A stretch of 64,000 nucleotides of DNA, taken from NCBI RefSeq assembly GCF_000372725.1, contig NW_005201249.1:148198-212197 (forward strand), in the 5' to 3' direction. Each line of letters starts with the position of its first letter. Positions within the stretch are counted from its first letter, which is position 1. Below the pieces are notes generated by a model. It saw only the letters and a program-made list of their open reading frames with translations, made no database searches and was not told where the DNA came from. The position numbers were made by a program, and so were the translations under genes. This document shows positions 1 through 11,348 of this stretch, one piece after another. This DNA is from Emiliania huxleyi CCMP1516 (taxonomy: Eukaryota).

Positions 1-1270
1 CGCGCTCGAGGCTCAGGCTGGCGGGGCTGGCCATCTGTCGGCACTTCCCCCTGGCGCCTAAGCTGTCCGCGCGTGACAGATCGGGCCACATGTGGCATGT
101 ACGCGCACTCCCCGCGCGCCCCACACGCCCAAGGTTGCCCAAGGCCTTGGTGTGTTCCGCTACCTTCCGGGCTCCCACTCCTGACGTCCACTTGTGACAG
201 CGCGCGCGTGGCGCAAGAGCAAGGTGCAAGCTTGAAGGCGCAAGCCCTAAGAGCTCAGTGCCGCGTTTGTTTCATGTTGGGACACTGATCTGGGTTGATT
301 TCTTACACCTGCGCTGCTAAAATAAACCGCTTCGCTGTCCCTGTCGCCGATCTCGGTCGTCGGTGTCTCCGTCGTCAGGGGGGTTGCTTCCCCAGCGCCC
401 AGGGATTTAAATTAGTACATAGTACTTCGCCCTCATCTCTCGACCGTGGGCGGACGAACCTAGGGTGGATGAGGTGTGGAGGAAGACGCAAGTTGCCCGA
501 AGGGCCGCTAAAGCCGTAGCTGCGCGCTCCAAAGGGGCGCGAGTCGCCGAGCCGTTGGGCTGGCGAGCTACTTTGTGAAAACTGTCGCAATAACACTCTG
601 TTACTGACAGCCGGTGCCGGCACGCGCGAGCAGACGCCAGACCGGTGCTCTGCTGAAATTCGTTTCGTGAGTCCGGTCGTTTCGTCCCCTCTCCGCCCGC
701 GCTGTCACCTGTCTTGTCTCTTGTGTGTGCTTTTGGTTGAAAGGCGAGCGGAGAGGCGAGACCGAGAGGGCGGTCACACGCCCCGGAGTGCGGAGATGGG
801 CGAGAGATGGATGCGCCGCGCACATGAGGGGGGCCGCGTAGACGGTAGAGAGAGAGTATAGTGTGTAGAGAGAGAGTATTCCTGTATTCGTGATCTCGAC
901 GTGTCCTCTCTAGCGCATAATATTCAATATACCCGGTGAAAGCTGAATGCGGTGAATCCTCTCTCTCGATAACGCGCGCACATGCGGTTGCATACGCGCT
1001 CATGCGTCATGGCAACGCCCCTACACCCTACCAAAGAAACCAAACGCGAGAGAGTCAGAGATTGAATATGGGCCTGGTGATCAGCCCGCCCCCCACGCGC
1101 CACGGCCCGAGAGACACGGTGCCGCCTTACCCGCAAACTAAACACAAGAGGCCCCGTCCAACTCGCCACCCACCATCGGCATATGCAGACTGCGAGCCGC
1201 GGGTCCCCGCACTCGCCTTGCGCTCGGCCTCCGAAGCGCCTCCGGCGGGCGGCGGACGAGCGGGCGGTGC

Positions 1271-2836
1271 TCATAGCTCGTCCTTCCCGCCGTCGATGCC
1301 TACACTCCGGCAAAGCGTCGGGTGACCTCGTGCTGTCTCGGGTGTGGTGTGACTCGGCGGCCTCGCTGCCCGTCCGGTAGAAGCGCTCCAGCTGCGAGCA
1401 AAGCCCGCACGCCGACGGGCACGTGACCAGCATGTGCGCCTCGTTCTTCTCGCACTCGCCGTCCTTGGCCCAGTCCTTGCACGCCGCCTCCTTGTCCTCG
1501 CAGACGTTGGAGCACACGCCGCAGGTGACGGGGCACTCCTTGTTCATCATGCCGGGGTTGACGAGGCACTGGTCGTCCATCGCCTGTCCACGCTCCGGCC
1601 CGTGAAGAGAGGACCCCCCCCCCCCCCTTCCCCCCCTTCCCCCGACTCTTGCAGCCCCCTCACCCAGATGGCGCACGACGTGGTGTTGAAGTCCTTGCAC
1701 GGGCCGCGGTCCTGCTCACGAGATGCGGCGGCGTGAACGGCGGGGAGGTCCCTTCCTCTCTCGCGGAGGCGCCACGCGCCTCGCAGACGGAGCACGAGTT
1801 CGGGCACTTGAGCAGCATGTGGCCTGCATTCTTGGAGCACTCCTCCATTGAGGACCAGCCGGGGCAGTCGTTCTCCTGGAGGGGGAGGGAGGTCCGAGTC
1901 CGCTCCCGCGCCGAGGGAGCAGCCAAAGCCAGGCGTGTGGTGGGCGACCGGGGGAGATGTGGCCGAGGGAATCGGCGAGGGGCGCGGCAGAGGAGGAGCG
2001 GTGAGGCGGTGTGCGGGGGTTGTGTGCGGGTGCTGGTATCGAGGCGAGGCGTGAGGCGGGCAGCCGCCCTCCTTGTCCTTGCACATGGGCTTGCACACGC
2101 CGCACGAGACGGCGCAGTTGAGGTACATGTACCACGGGTTCGTCTCGCACGCGCCCTCCTTGTACCAGTGGTTGCAGTCGTCGTGCAGGTCGGAGCACAC
2201 GGGGTTGCACAGCCCGCAGGCGGTGGGGCACTCCTGGGCGGTGAGCGAGGGCGGCGGTGAGGGAGGGCTGGCGGCGAGGGCGGGGCGAGCGAGGGGAGCG
2301 GAGGTGTGGGGGGCGGCTGTGCTGTGAGAGCCAGCATGCGAGTGGGAGGCGGGAAAGGGCAGTCGAGAGGGCGGTGGCGTGTGTGCCTTCTTCATGTAAT
2401 CGGGCGACTTTTCGCACTCGCCGCTCTTGGCCCAGGCCTCGCAGTGCGACTCCATGTCGCCGCACGCGTGGCTGCGACGGGGTCGGGGCCATGAATCAGG
2501 GTGCGGGCGGTGCGGGCGGCGTGGGCGGTGCGCCGACGTTTGAGAGGCCGAGAGGGCAAGAGGCGCTGGTGCGACGAGGAGGAGGGAGGCGGCGATGTAC
2601 ACAGTGGTGTGTAGCGAGCGGCGAGCATGGGAGTGGTCTCTCCGCCACCGCGGCGCTCTCCACCTGCAGACACCACAAGTGTGCGGGCACAGGTTCTTGA
2701 CAGCGTCCGCGTTGTCGCCCTCGCACTCGCCGTTCTTGCCCCAGTTAGCGCACGAGCTGTCACGGTCGTTGCAGTAGCCCTTCGCCGCGGCAGCAGTTAT
2801 GGTTAGGCTGAATGTCAGTGCCTTGAGCACGGTCAT
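1271..2836 (-). CDS. Secretory-pathway protein with six tandem ShKT (ShK toxin-like) domains and a C-terminal KDEL; about 7 exons
   Basis: Signal peptide MTVLKALTFSLTITAAAA. Six Cys-patterned units, e.g. CNDRDSSCANWGKNGECEGDNADAVKNLCPHTCGVC and CEDKEAACKDWAKDGECEKNEAHMLVTCPSACGLC, spread over several frames and separated by introns. The last exon (1271-1299) follows a TAG acceptor and reads GIDGGKDEL-stop. Confidence 0.88.
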
Positions 2837-3014
2837 GTCTGGGCTGTTCGCGGCGGCGGCGATGTGTCACCACCAACTGTCTTCCAACGTTGGGCAGTTA
2901 TCCTGTCTGCTATTTAGCGCAGTCCAGCTGCTCGGTGTGAACGAAGCGCTCCCCCATCCCTCGTCTGGGTTTGTCTGTTTTCTTTCTGAACGAAGCGCTC
3001 CATGTCAAGAACGG

Positions 3015-3308
3015 AATCGTCAAAATTTGCTCGTGGAAAGCCAGGGCGGAATCGCGCGGCAAACCAAGAGAATCATCTTCAACGTCGCCAAAGAGGTCCT
3101 CGGCAGCCCGAGCGCCGTCGACCGCACCGACTACGGCACAGCCTCCGGCAGCGCCCGGGGCTTCGTCCAGCACCACTCGCAACAGCTCTCGCGCGCCGCC
3201 GTCTGTGGCGACGCGCAAAACATCAACAACGCTGCTCGCAACATGCGTGTCGCGCACTCATTCATGACCGGTCTCAATGCCCCACCCCCCTGCGCGCGGG
3301 CCTTCTAG
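3015..3308 (+). mobile_element. 3' remnant of a CRE-like (RLE endonuclease) non-LTR retrotransposon, divergent subfamily
   Basis: NLLVESQGGIARQTKRII...VDRTDYG...GFVQHHSQQLSRAAVCGDAQNI aligns by eye with NLLLHETFGGGFSPTAVLKL...VDRTAYS...SFMSHHAERISLSVVRGVNRAI of the 14711 ORF. Confidence 0.6.
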
Positions 3309-4061
3309 GCCCGCGGGTAGTCTCCCCCATTCCCAGGGCCTCCAGGGCTCGCACCTCAACCTCTCACAGACCAGCGCATAGCGCCATAGGACGTATTTTC
3401 TTCTCATAACAAGGCTGTGAACAGAGTTCGTACACCGAGCAGCAAGGGAGCTCCGCAACTCGAGATCCCTCGATAGTTCACGCGGAGTCGGCTGGGGCTA
3501 TACCAGACAGGCAGTTATCCGTGGAGGATTTGTGGCGAAGGAGGAAGTTCTTTTTCTTCAGTGTCCACCTACCAACCTACGCTGTCAGGTACTAATTTTT
3601 GGCAGTCCGAGCAGTTCTCGGCAGCAGTTATCCGGACCGACTCCGCTGTGAAAGATCTGTCGATTGTGGGCGTTCCAGGAGGTCCAAACTCTGTCCGTTT
3701 TCTTCTTCAGAGCACACCCGCTTTCGGAGTCAGCTGCGCTACGCTATTACACCCAGCTCCCAGTCGCCAGTGCGCGGACGTGTTGCGTGTCGACTCGCTC
3801 GCCGGTGTGGTACACAGCTTGTCTCTTTTAATCGCTTGAACACGGAGAGTGATTCTAAGATCGGGTCGTAGCTGGTGTGACTAGACAAGCGCTGGCGCAG
3901 CGCCACAAAGGAGGTGCGGTGTTCTTCTCAATGACAGCTAAATAAAAGAAGGTCTGTGTGACTATACGTTCGAGCGAGCGCCATTTTCTCCTACACACAA
4001 GAGCGTGCAGCGCAAGAGGAGTGCAAACGAACGCCGCCATATACGGGGAGTCGTGTCTGAG

Positions 4062-6026
4062 TCATTCAGACCGATGGACCACGCAATGCTCAGGAAACTG
4101 CGCCACGAGAAGTTCCAGCAAGTCCAAACCAGCAGGCGTGACACTGCCAGCCTCGCATAGCAGCCGCACGACCTCAGCATAGCGGCGTTGGCGGTTGCCA
4201 GGCGGGGTGCTGCTCAGGCGCTGCTGGGCAATTGTCCGCGCGGTGTTGCCGTTGGTGTTCTGCTTGTTGGGATTCGCGCCACACTCGAGGAGACGCCGTA
4301 CCACCTCGACACTCCCCTCAAAGGCTGCGCCCATCAGTGCGGTCCAGCCGATGTAGTTCTGCAAATCGAGGGACGCGCCGTGCCGCAGTAGCATGTCGAC
4401 CAAAGGCAACCGCCCGCCGCTTGCGGCGCACAGCAAGAGCGTTCCTCCCGCGCCGTCTTCATCGTCCAATCTGGCGTCGGCATGCCCTCCAGTGTGAAGC
4501 CACGCCATCGTCGTCAAGCTATCGCCCTTCGCGGCTGCATCCCACACCTCATCGGGCAGCTCCATCCTGGCCTGGCCCCTCCTCCCGCGCAGAAAGGGCA
4601 AAGTCTCTGCGAGGCGACGCATGGGACCCATCAAAGTCCCCATGGCGAGGTTCGAGCATGAGGAACGGTGCCACTCCTCTGCAGCAGACGGGAGAAAGGC
4701 CCGATGGAGAGAATCGAGTGCTTCGGAGATGTCAGTGACATCGCAAATCACGAGCGCGACGTTTCCCAGGCGCGAGCGGAGATGTTGGGTCACATGGCAC
4801 TCGTCACATCCCGAAGGCGTCCAAGTGCAGCTGTCACAGGCGACCACCAGCTCCTGCAACGTGCTCACGCGTTGAAAGACATCTAGGCAGTCGATCGGCA
4901 AATCCTCGCTAGAGTCGATGTGGAGATAGATGGCCTCGATCTTGGTGTTGGCTGCCGTAAGCGCAAGGCGATTAAAATCGTCCTCGTCGGGGCGACCAAT
5001 CCCCAACCTGAGCCGGCGCAAGTTGGGCAAGAGCCCTTGCCCAAAGGCAGAGACGACATCATCGAGCGCTGGATAGAACGAGCTTGGGAAGTCCAAGTTG
5101 CGCAACTTGGCACGAACCGCTGCCGGCCAGCTCGCCACAAGCTCCCCGAGGAAGTCCGGGGGAGGGATTACCTGCCCGTTGTCCAATTGCATAGAGATCA
5201 AGCCTGGCTGGTCGGCCGGATCGAACAGCAAGATTGAGGAGTTGTTTCCATACTGGACGTACACGTCGCCAAGCAGGTGCAAATGCAGCACCGACCGCTG
5301 CACGTGGCGGCGGACCCAGTCGCGGCATTGCATTGCCCGCACCCGCTGCGCTTCGGGAGTCGGCTCCATGTTGATGAACTTGTCCATGCCGGGTGCGAGC
5401 AGAGTCGTCAGTGAAGGCCACTCCGCATTGACGACGGCGGAAAGCTGGGCGCAGGTGACCGAAGTGGCGCGGCGTGCGGCGGCGGCGGCGACGGGGCCCC
5501 TCAGCCCGGAGTCCTTGACTGGCTCGATCAGGAGGGTCTCCACCCAGCTCTTGTCCGAGATGGCTGCGGCGTGTGCCGGCAGCAGAGGGAGAGCGCCCTC
5601 CTCGACGCACTGCCGTGCCCCATAGTTCCCTTGGCCGCCTAGCGCCGCACGAGTAGGCACCACTCTACTCGGGATCATCTCCACGTTCGCGACCACCACA
5701 ATCGAGCGGTACAGATCGGGGTGCTCCAACACGCATCTCCGGATGGACGCGGAGACCCCCGTCAGGACGCCCGCCCGCAACCAGCGCGGCAGGTGCAGCA
5801 GGACCAGGCGCACCAGATCCTCGTCGGAGAGGACGGCGTCGATGGCCTCAGCCGTCAATTCCGTGAGGCTTGCGGGGCGCAACGCAAGAGGGCGGCTCTC
5901 TCCGTCGACGAGCACACCCACGCGGCCCGCGAGCGCGTCAAAGGCCTCGGACACCTTGCCCCGGCAGCCATTGAGATCCGGACGGGAAAGCAGCGAGTGC
6001 ACGCGAACCGAGTTGCCGACCCGCAT
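4062..6026 (-). CDS. Intronless protein: N-terminal SH3/KOW-like module, F-box-like segment, LRR-like region, C-terminal ankyrin repeats
   Basis: VRVHSLLSRPDLNGCRGKV...RVGVLVDGESRPLALRPASL; VLSDEDLVRLVLLHLP...VSASIRR; LPNLRRLRL; GTLLLCAASGGRLPLVDMLLRHGA and GWTALMGAAFEGSVEVVRRLLECGANPN. Confidence 0.8.
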   Translation of the reverse strand: MRVGNSVRVHSLLSRPDLNGCRGKVSEAFDALAGRVGVLVDGESRPLALRPASLTELTAEAIDAVLSDEDLVRLVLLHLPRWLRAGVLTGVSASIRRCVLEHPDLYRSIVVVANVEMIPSRVVPTRAALGGQGNYGARQCVEEGALPLLPAHAAAISDKSWVETLLIEPVKDSGLRGPVAAAAARRATSVTCAQLSAVVNAEWPSLTTLLAPGMDKFINMEPTPEAQRVRAMQCRDWVRRHVQRSVLHLHLLGDVYVQYGNNSSILLFDPADQPGLISMQLDNGQVIPPPDFLGELVASWPAAVRAKLRNLDFPSSFYPALDDVVSAFGQGLLPNLRRLRLGIGRPDEDDFNRLALTAANTKIEAIYLHIDSSEDLPIDCLDVFQRVSTLQELVVACDSCTWTPSGCDECHVTQHLRSRLGNVALVICDVTDISEALDSLHRAFLPSAAEEWHRSSCSNLAMGTLMGPMRRLAETLPFLRGRRGQARMELPDEVWDAAAKGDSLTTMAWLHTGGHADARLDDEDGAGGTLLLCAASGGRLPLVDMLLRHGASLDLQNYIGWTALMGAAFEGSVEVVRRLLECGANPNKQNTNGNTARTIAQQRLSSTPPGNRQRRYAEVVRLLCEAGSVTPAGLDLLELLVAQFPEHCVVHRSE

Positions 6027-6545
6027 TGGCGACGCTAGACGCAGGCGCGTTTCACGCCGCGCGCCTGCTGGCGACACCTCGGTGTCGTGCGAGGGAGCGA
6101 ACGGGCTCGCATCTACGCGCGACCCTCTTCACAGAACCCGGTTCTCGGTGGCATTTAGTGGGTTGGCGAAAAGGGGGGGAGAGCCCAATGTGCTAGTGTG
6201 CGGGTCGGTCGGTGTCTGCCAGCCTCCTAGGTGCTAGGACCTTAGCAGTAAGCGGCCGGCGGGGCGAAGGGGGAGTCGGGGGGGGAGGGGGTATGGTCCT
6301 GTCGGCGCGAGGCTTGGTCTGTCAGCAGGCGGGGGGGTATGGTCTTGAGGAGGCTCGGATGATTACACCATACCTGTTTCCCAGCAAAAAGTCCGAACCC
6401 TGGGGTGAACAAAGCAGAGAAAAAACCCGCGGGTGTGTCCAAATTGCAAAATTTCAATCGCCCATCCCTCCCCCTTACGCCCCCCCCCTTGGTCTGTTTT
6501 CTGTCTTTCTTTGTTTTTCAAATAGTTTAACGCACAGGAACCGAC

Positions 6546-6585
6546 GGGCACGGGACTGGCGCGCACTGGCCGACTAAACACAGGT
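6546..6585 (-). repeat. Copy of the ACCTGTGTTAGTGCCAGTGCGCGCCAGTCCCGTGCC dispersed repeat end
   Basis: The reverse complement matches 14334-14369 apart from small indels. The first 19 nt also recur at 32652-32670. Confidence 0.7.
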
Positions 6586-6639
6586 AAACCACGGAGCCGC
6601 CCGCCAAGGACAATGATAAGAGTCAGAGTGTGCACAGTA

Positions 6640-8702
6640 CTACAAGCCCAACAGCGGGGCGACCGCCCCCTGCAGGTAGGTTTGCCGCTCCTTGGCCGTC
6701 GCGAAGCCGTTCCACTCGTAGAATGGAACGCTGATCACCCTCCAGCCAGCCGCCGCGAGGAGGCGTCGCTTGAGCAACGTTGGCCCATTGGGTCTGCGCA
6801 TGCCCAGGCCCTCGGGCAGCAGGAAGTGATAGGGGCCGTCCACCTCGACCGCGAGGCGTGATGAGGGCAGCGCCAGGTCGAGCGAGTAGCCGGTGCGCGG
6901 CTCGAGATGCTCCTCCTCGAAGCCGTGCTGGACGGCGGCGAGGGCAATCGCGACAGAGCGCTGTAAGCGCGAGATCGTAACTTCGGTGCCTTGCATGGCG
7001 TCGCAGCAGAGCTTGCGTTGGGACTCGGAGAGGAGGTGCTGCTGCCCGTCTGCTCCTCGCTCAAGGGAGAGCCAGAGCTGCCACTGGTGCAGCTGAGAGC
7101 GGGCTTCCTCGCTCCGTATCGAGGGATCCCGCGCGAGCGAGTCGCTGATCACGCGCGAGCAGACGGCAAGCAGCGCCCGGTGATAATAGTCTACCGTCGC
7201 ATACGCCCACACCGTGTTGGCTAGGTCCTGGGGGTTGAAGCGATCCAGCCCGCTCCGCACCGCCGCCTCCGCCACCGCCGCGTACAGCGCGTCCGCAGCC
7301 ACGCCCGCCGTCGCATACGCCCACACCGTGTTGGCTAGGTCCTGGGGGTTGAAGCGATCCAGCCCGCTCCGCACCGCCGCCTCCGCCACCGCCGCGTACA
7401 GCGCGTCCGCAGCCACGCCCGCCGTCGCATACGCCCACACCGTGTTGGCTAGGTCCTGGGGGTTGAAGCGATCCAGCCCGCTCCGCACCGCCGCCTCCGC
7501 CACCGCCGCGTACAGCGTGTCCGCAGCCACGCCCGCCGTCGCATACGCCCACACCGTGTTGGCCAGGTTCTGAGGGTTGAAGCCAGCCAGCCCGCTCCGC
7601 ACCGCCGCCTCCGCCACCGCCGCGTACAGCGTCTCCGGACCGCTGCCACGCCCGCCGTCGCATACGCCCACACCGTGTTGGCCAGCTCCTGCGGCTTGAA
7701 GCGATCCAGCCCGCCACGCACCGCCGCCTCCGCCACCGCCGCGTACAGCGCGTCCGCAGCCACGCCCGCCGTCGCATACGCCCACACCGTGTTGGCCAGG
7801 TTCTGAGGGGTGAAGCCAGCCAGCCCGCTCCGCGCCGCCGCCTCCGCCACCGCTACGAACAACGGGTACGCCACCCGCGCTTGCAGGCCGCACTTTGCAA
7901 CGCCGTGAGACACGTTGGCCAGCTCGCGTGCTCGGCACGAAGAAACAAGGTCGAGCGTGCGGTGCACTAGCTGCTCAAGCTGCTCCTCGTGCCGCCGCTC
8001 GACGCGCTGCTTGCCCAGTTTGTTCCACAGGTTCGCAGCGTGGATGTGGTTCAAGCTCGCGCTGTGGGCAGCAAAGAGCGCGAGCAGCTCAATGGCGCCG
8101 CTGGCATGCGAGATCTGGCCGTTGATCTGCTTAGCATTGAGCTGACCGCCGGCAGCAGAGCGGTTAGACGCGAGGCGCTCATTGCGCGTTGGTGCGTCGC
8201 AGTTTCCCTGCTCGTCGCATCCTTGCGCACCGTGCATCGGCGGTCCCACCCGGCGACCGCTGTGCTGAGGCTGCCCCTCGCCGCGTTGGTCGTCGCGCCG
8301 GTCATCGCGCGGATCGTGCCAGTCGCGCTCGCGTTGGCCTCTGCCCTGATCGTCGTAGCCGCGCCGCTCGTCATGCCGCCCGTCATGATGCGGCCGTCGC
8401 AAGCCTCGCCAAGGCTCGTCGCGCCATCGCTCAGCGGGGGCGTGTGGCTCAGCGTGCCATCGCTGCTCGCGCCCACTGCACCAAGCGTCGCTGCAGCCGC
8501 ACCGCTCATCTTGCCGCCCGTCATGGTGCGGCCATTGCTCGCCTTGCCAACGCTCATCGCGCCGTCGCAGCTCATCCCGACGCGGCTCATCGCGCGATCG
8601 CGACCGCCGTCGCGGCTCGCCCCGCCATCGCCAATATTCGCGTCCGCACTCGGCGCGCCGTTGCTCATCACGCCAGCGACCCTCCTCGCTCCCATCTGAC
8701 AT
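6640..8702 (-). pseudogene. Octotricopeptide-repeat (OPR) + RAP domain protein with one frameshift (pseudogene or assembly error)
   Basis: About six 114-bp (38 aa) repeats FNPQDLANTVWAYATAGVAADALYAAVAEAAVRSGLDR. RAP domain GYSLDLALPSSRLAVEVDGPYHF...LKRRLLAAAGWRVISVPFYEW. One repeat carries an extra 5 nt near 7637-7641, which shifts the frame between ORFs 7449-8702 and 6640-7938. Confidence 0.85.
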
Positions 8703-9083
8703 TTCTCATTTGTGACACTTCTTCTACTTCGTGGAAAAATTCATATTGGCCATCGGAAAAGGAATTTCCTTCTTCGCGAACCAGATGATGTGGCTCGCCC
8801 CGCGCCCTGTGTGATCGTTCGAGTAGTAGGAATATGGGATCGAAAAGAGAGATTTTTAGCAATTTGTTTTTGGAATGGGGAAAACAGAAAGAGCCACATA
8901 CATTGGAAATACGCGACGAGGGAAGGAGCTGGACTTTTTGCTGAGATCAACCGGGGTTTTTATGTACCTTTGTTTGTACCATGGCGCCATTCCCTTGTAG
9001 TGCTGTGGGAGATAGGAGAACTCGGGTTTTTTCTTTTCTCCAACGCAGCATTAGGGGCGGCGATCATCGACCTCCGCTCGCCG

Positions 9084-10961
9084 ATGGCGGCCTCGCTCCT
9101 CGCTTCAGCGTCGTTCGCCTTCCTCCACGCTCCAATCCGCCCGGCAGCGGCGCAGCCGCTCGGGCCTGCTCTCTTCCCTCGGCTCGCCCAGCCCGCCGCG
9201 CTCCTGCTGCCGGAGCAATTACCATCGGCGCTCGTCGCCGACTCGCTGCTCGACTCGGTGGGAGGCGTGGCAGCGGCGGGCGTGGGCGCGGTGCTGCTGA
9301 TCGCGCTCCTCGCTGGCAAGGGCAACATGGCCTCGGGCGCCGCGCTCATGGTCCTCTTCCTCGGCGGCGACCCAGACGAGCGCGACGCGTCGGGCGCCAA
9401 CGAAAACAAGCTCCTCAAGGAGTTCGCGCTGTCGATCACGCCGTCGGCGTGGAAGAAGGCGTACCAGGGCGAGGGCGCCGAGGACGGAGAACCCGCCGCG
9501 CTCCTCGACCTGCCCGCCTGGCAGGGCGAGGAGGCGCGGGAGCTGACCGAGCCCGAGGCGCGGGCCGCTTCCGAGACACCTCCTGCCTCTCTCTCTCGCA
9601 CCGCCGCTCACTCCGCCCGCAGCACCGCCGCCCGCCCGGCGCGCCCACCGACGCGCCTTCGGCACGTGCGCCGCAGGCGGTCACCTGCGTGCAGCAGATG
9701 CAGCTCGCGCCGATCACCGTGCCGTCGGTCGGGCCGGTCGAGACCTGCTACCTGAGTCTGACGCCCGAGGCGCCGGCGGAGGCGCCGCCGGTGATGCTGA
9801 TCCACGGCTTCGACTCGAGCCTGCTCGAGTTCCGCTACCTCACCCAGCCGCTGCTCGACGCCGGGCTGCGCGTCGAGGCGACCCTTCTGTGGGCCCGGGC
9901 GGCGGCCGGCGCGCAGGGAGCGGGCGGCGCCACCTCCGTCCTGCGCGCCTCGCCCGTAGGCGATGGAGTGGTGGAGTGGCGGCTTCACGGCGCGCGCGCC
10001 CTTCACGGAGGCGATCTCGGCGGGCAAGGCCGAGCCGTGGGACCTCATCCGCGAGCACCAGCTCGCCTTTTGGAAGCGGCAGCTCGGCGACACTAAGGCG
10101 CTGCAGCCCCGCCGCCTTTTGGAAGCCGCAGCCCCGCCGCCGAGGGCCGCACGAGAGCAGCGCGCCGCCGAGAGCCGCGCGAGGTCGGGCCGAGGTCGGG
10201 CCGAGAGATGGGAGCGAGTGCTGCACCCGGGATAGGTGACGCTGCTCGGCGCCTCCCTCGGCGGCGCCGTCGCCCTCGACTTCGCGGCGACGCACCCCGA
10301 GTGCGCCGACGCGCCCGCCTCAGTGGAACGCGTGCGACGCAGTGTCCGTGACATGTCCGCGACACGTCCGGCTAGGTGCGTCGACCGGCTCATCCTGATG
10401 GACGCCGGCGGAGAGAGCTACGCGCAGCCCGATCCCTTCCTCACCTCGCTCGCCGCCGACCCCGTGACGAACCTCTTCCAGTGGCGCGCCACCAACGGGT
10501 TGCTGCCTTACCCGCACGTCTGGGCCAAGGAGGAGGGCTGGAGGCAGGCGCTGCAGGCGTACCTGCGCTCGGGGGGGTACCAGAACCGCGTCTCGGAGCC
10601 GCTGATCCGGACGGTGCCCCAGCCCACCCTCGTGCTCTGGGGCGAGGAAGACGACGTCCTCCCCGTCGAGGACGCGTTCAAGTACCAGGCGCCCTGCAGG
10701 GCCCCCCCGAGGTCACCCGAGATTGCCGCCGCCACAAAACACATTGGGCGGGCCCCCCCTTTGCCAGGGGGGGGAGAGGTGTCCCCCCCCCCCCCCCCCC
10801 CTCCCCAGGAGCACCTCCCAGACTGCGTGCGCGTCGAGCTCATTCCCGACGCGCAGCACGCGCCTGCTCTCGAGAACCCGGCCTACGTCGCCGACGCGAT
10901 CGTGCGCTTCGCGACGGCGGCGGACGTGCGGGAGGACACGCGGCAGCCTCAGCCAGCGTGA
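9084..10961 (+). CDS. Alpha/beta-fold hydrolase, probably plastid-targeted, multi-exon
   Basis: Bipartite-like leader MAASLLASASFAFLHAP; PVMLIHGFDSSLLEFR; nucleophile GASLGG; TLVLWGEEDDVLP; IPDAQHAPALENP. Confidence 0.88.
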
Positions 10962-11348
10962 AGGGCGGGGAGGGGCGCGACACGTCCCCGCCCAACCACG
11001 CAGCGCAACGACTGCGCAAATCCGCCATGGCACGTCGCGGCTCTCGCGGCGCGGACTGTCTTGGACCTCTGACTCAGCTCTGACTCAAACCGCCTAGCGC
11101 CTAGACCCGCCTAGTCGCGCGGCGGCTCTGAGTCGATGTGTCTCCTTGTCGGGTCGCTTCGTTGTACGGCTTTATAAAGCGGCCTACGGCTTTGTGACGC
11201 GCCAGACCGCGCAGAGACCTCGCGATCCGGTCTCCCGCGACGTTTACCGCAGCCATTAGCGTTTTGCACTCTGACGTCTGAGTATCTGAGATCAGGAGAG
11301 AGAGGAGTTTGGCCGGCAGAGAGCCTGTGACACAACACACTGTGTCCG

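Noticed and set aside
1..960. LTR or other element at the window start
   Set aside because: No second copy, PBS or coding remnant is identifiable within the window.
7200..7830. Non-coding tandem array or CRISPR
   Set aside because: The 114-bp period is in-frame OPR coding sequence with no unique spacers.
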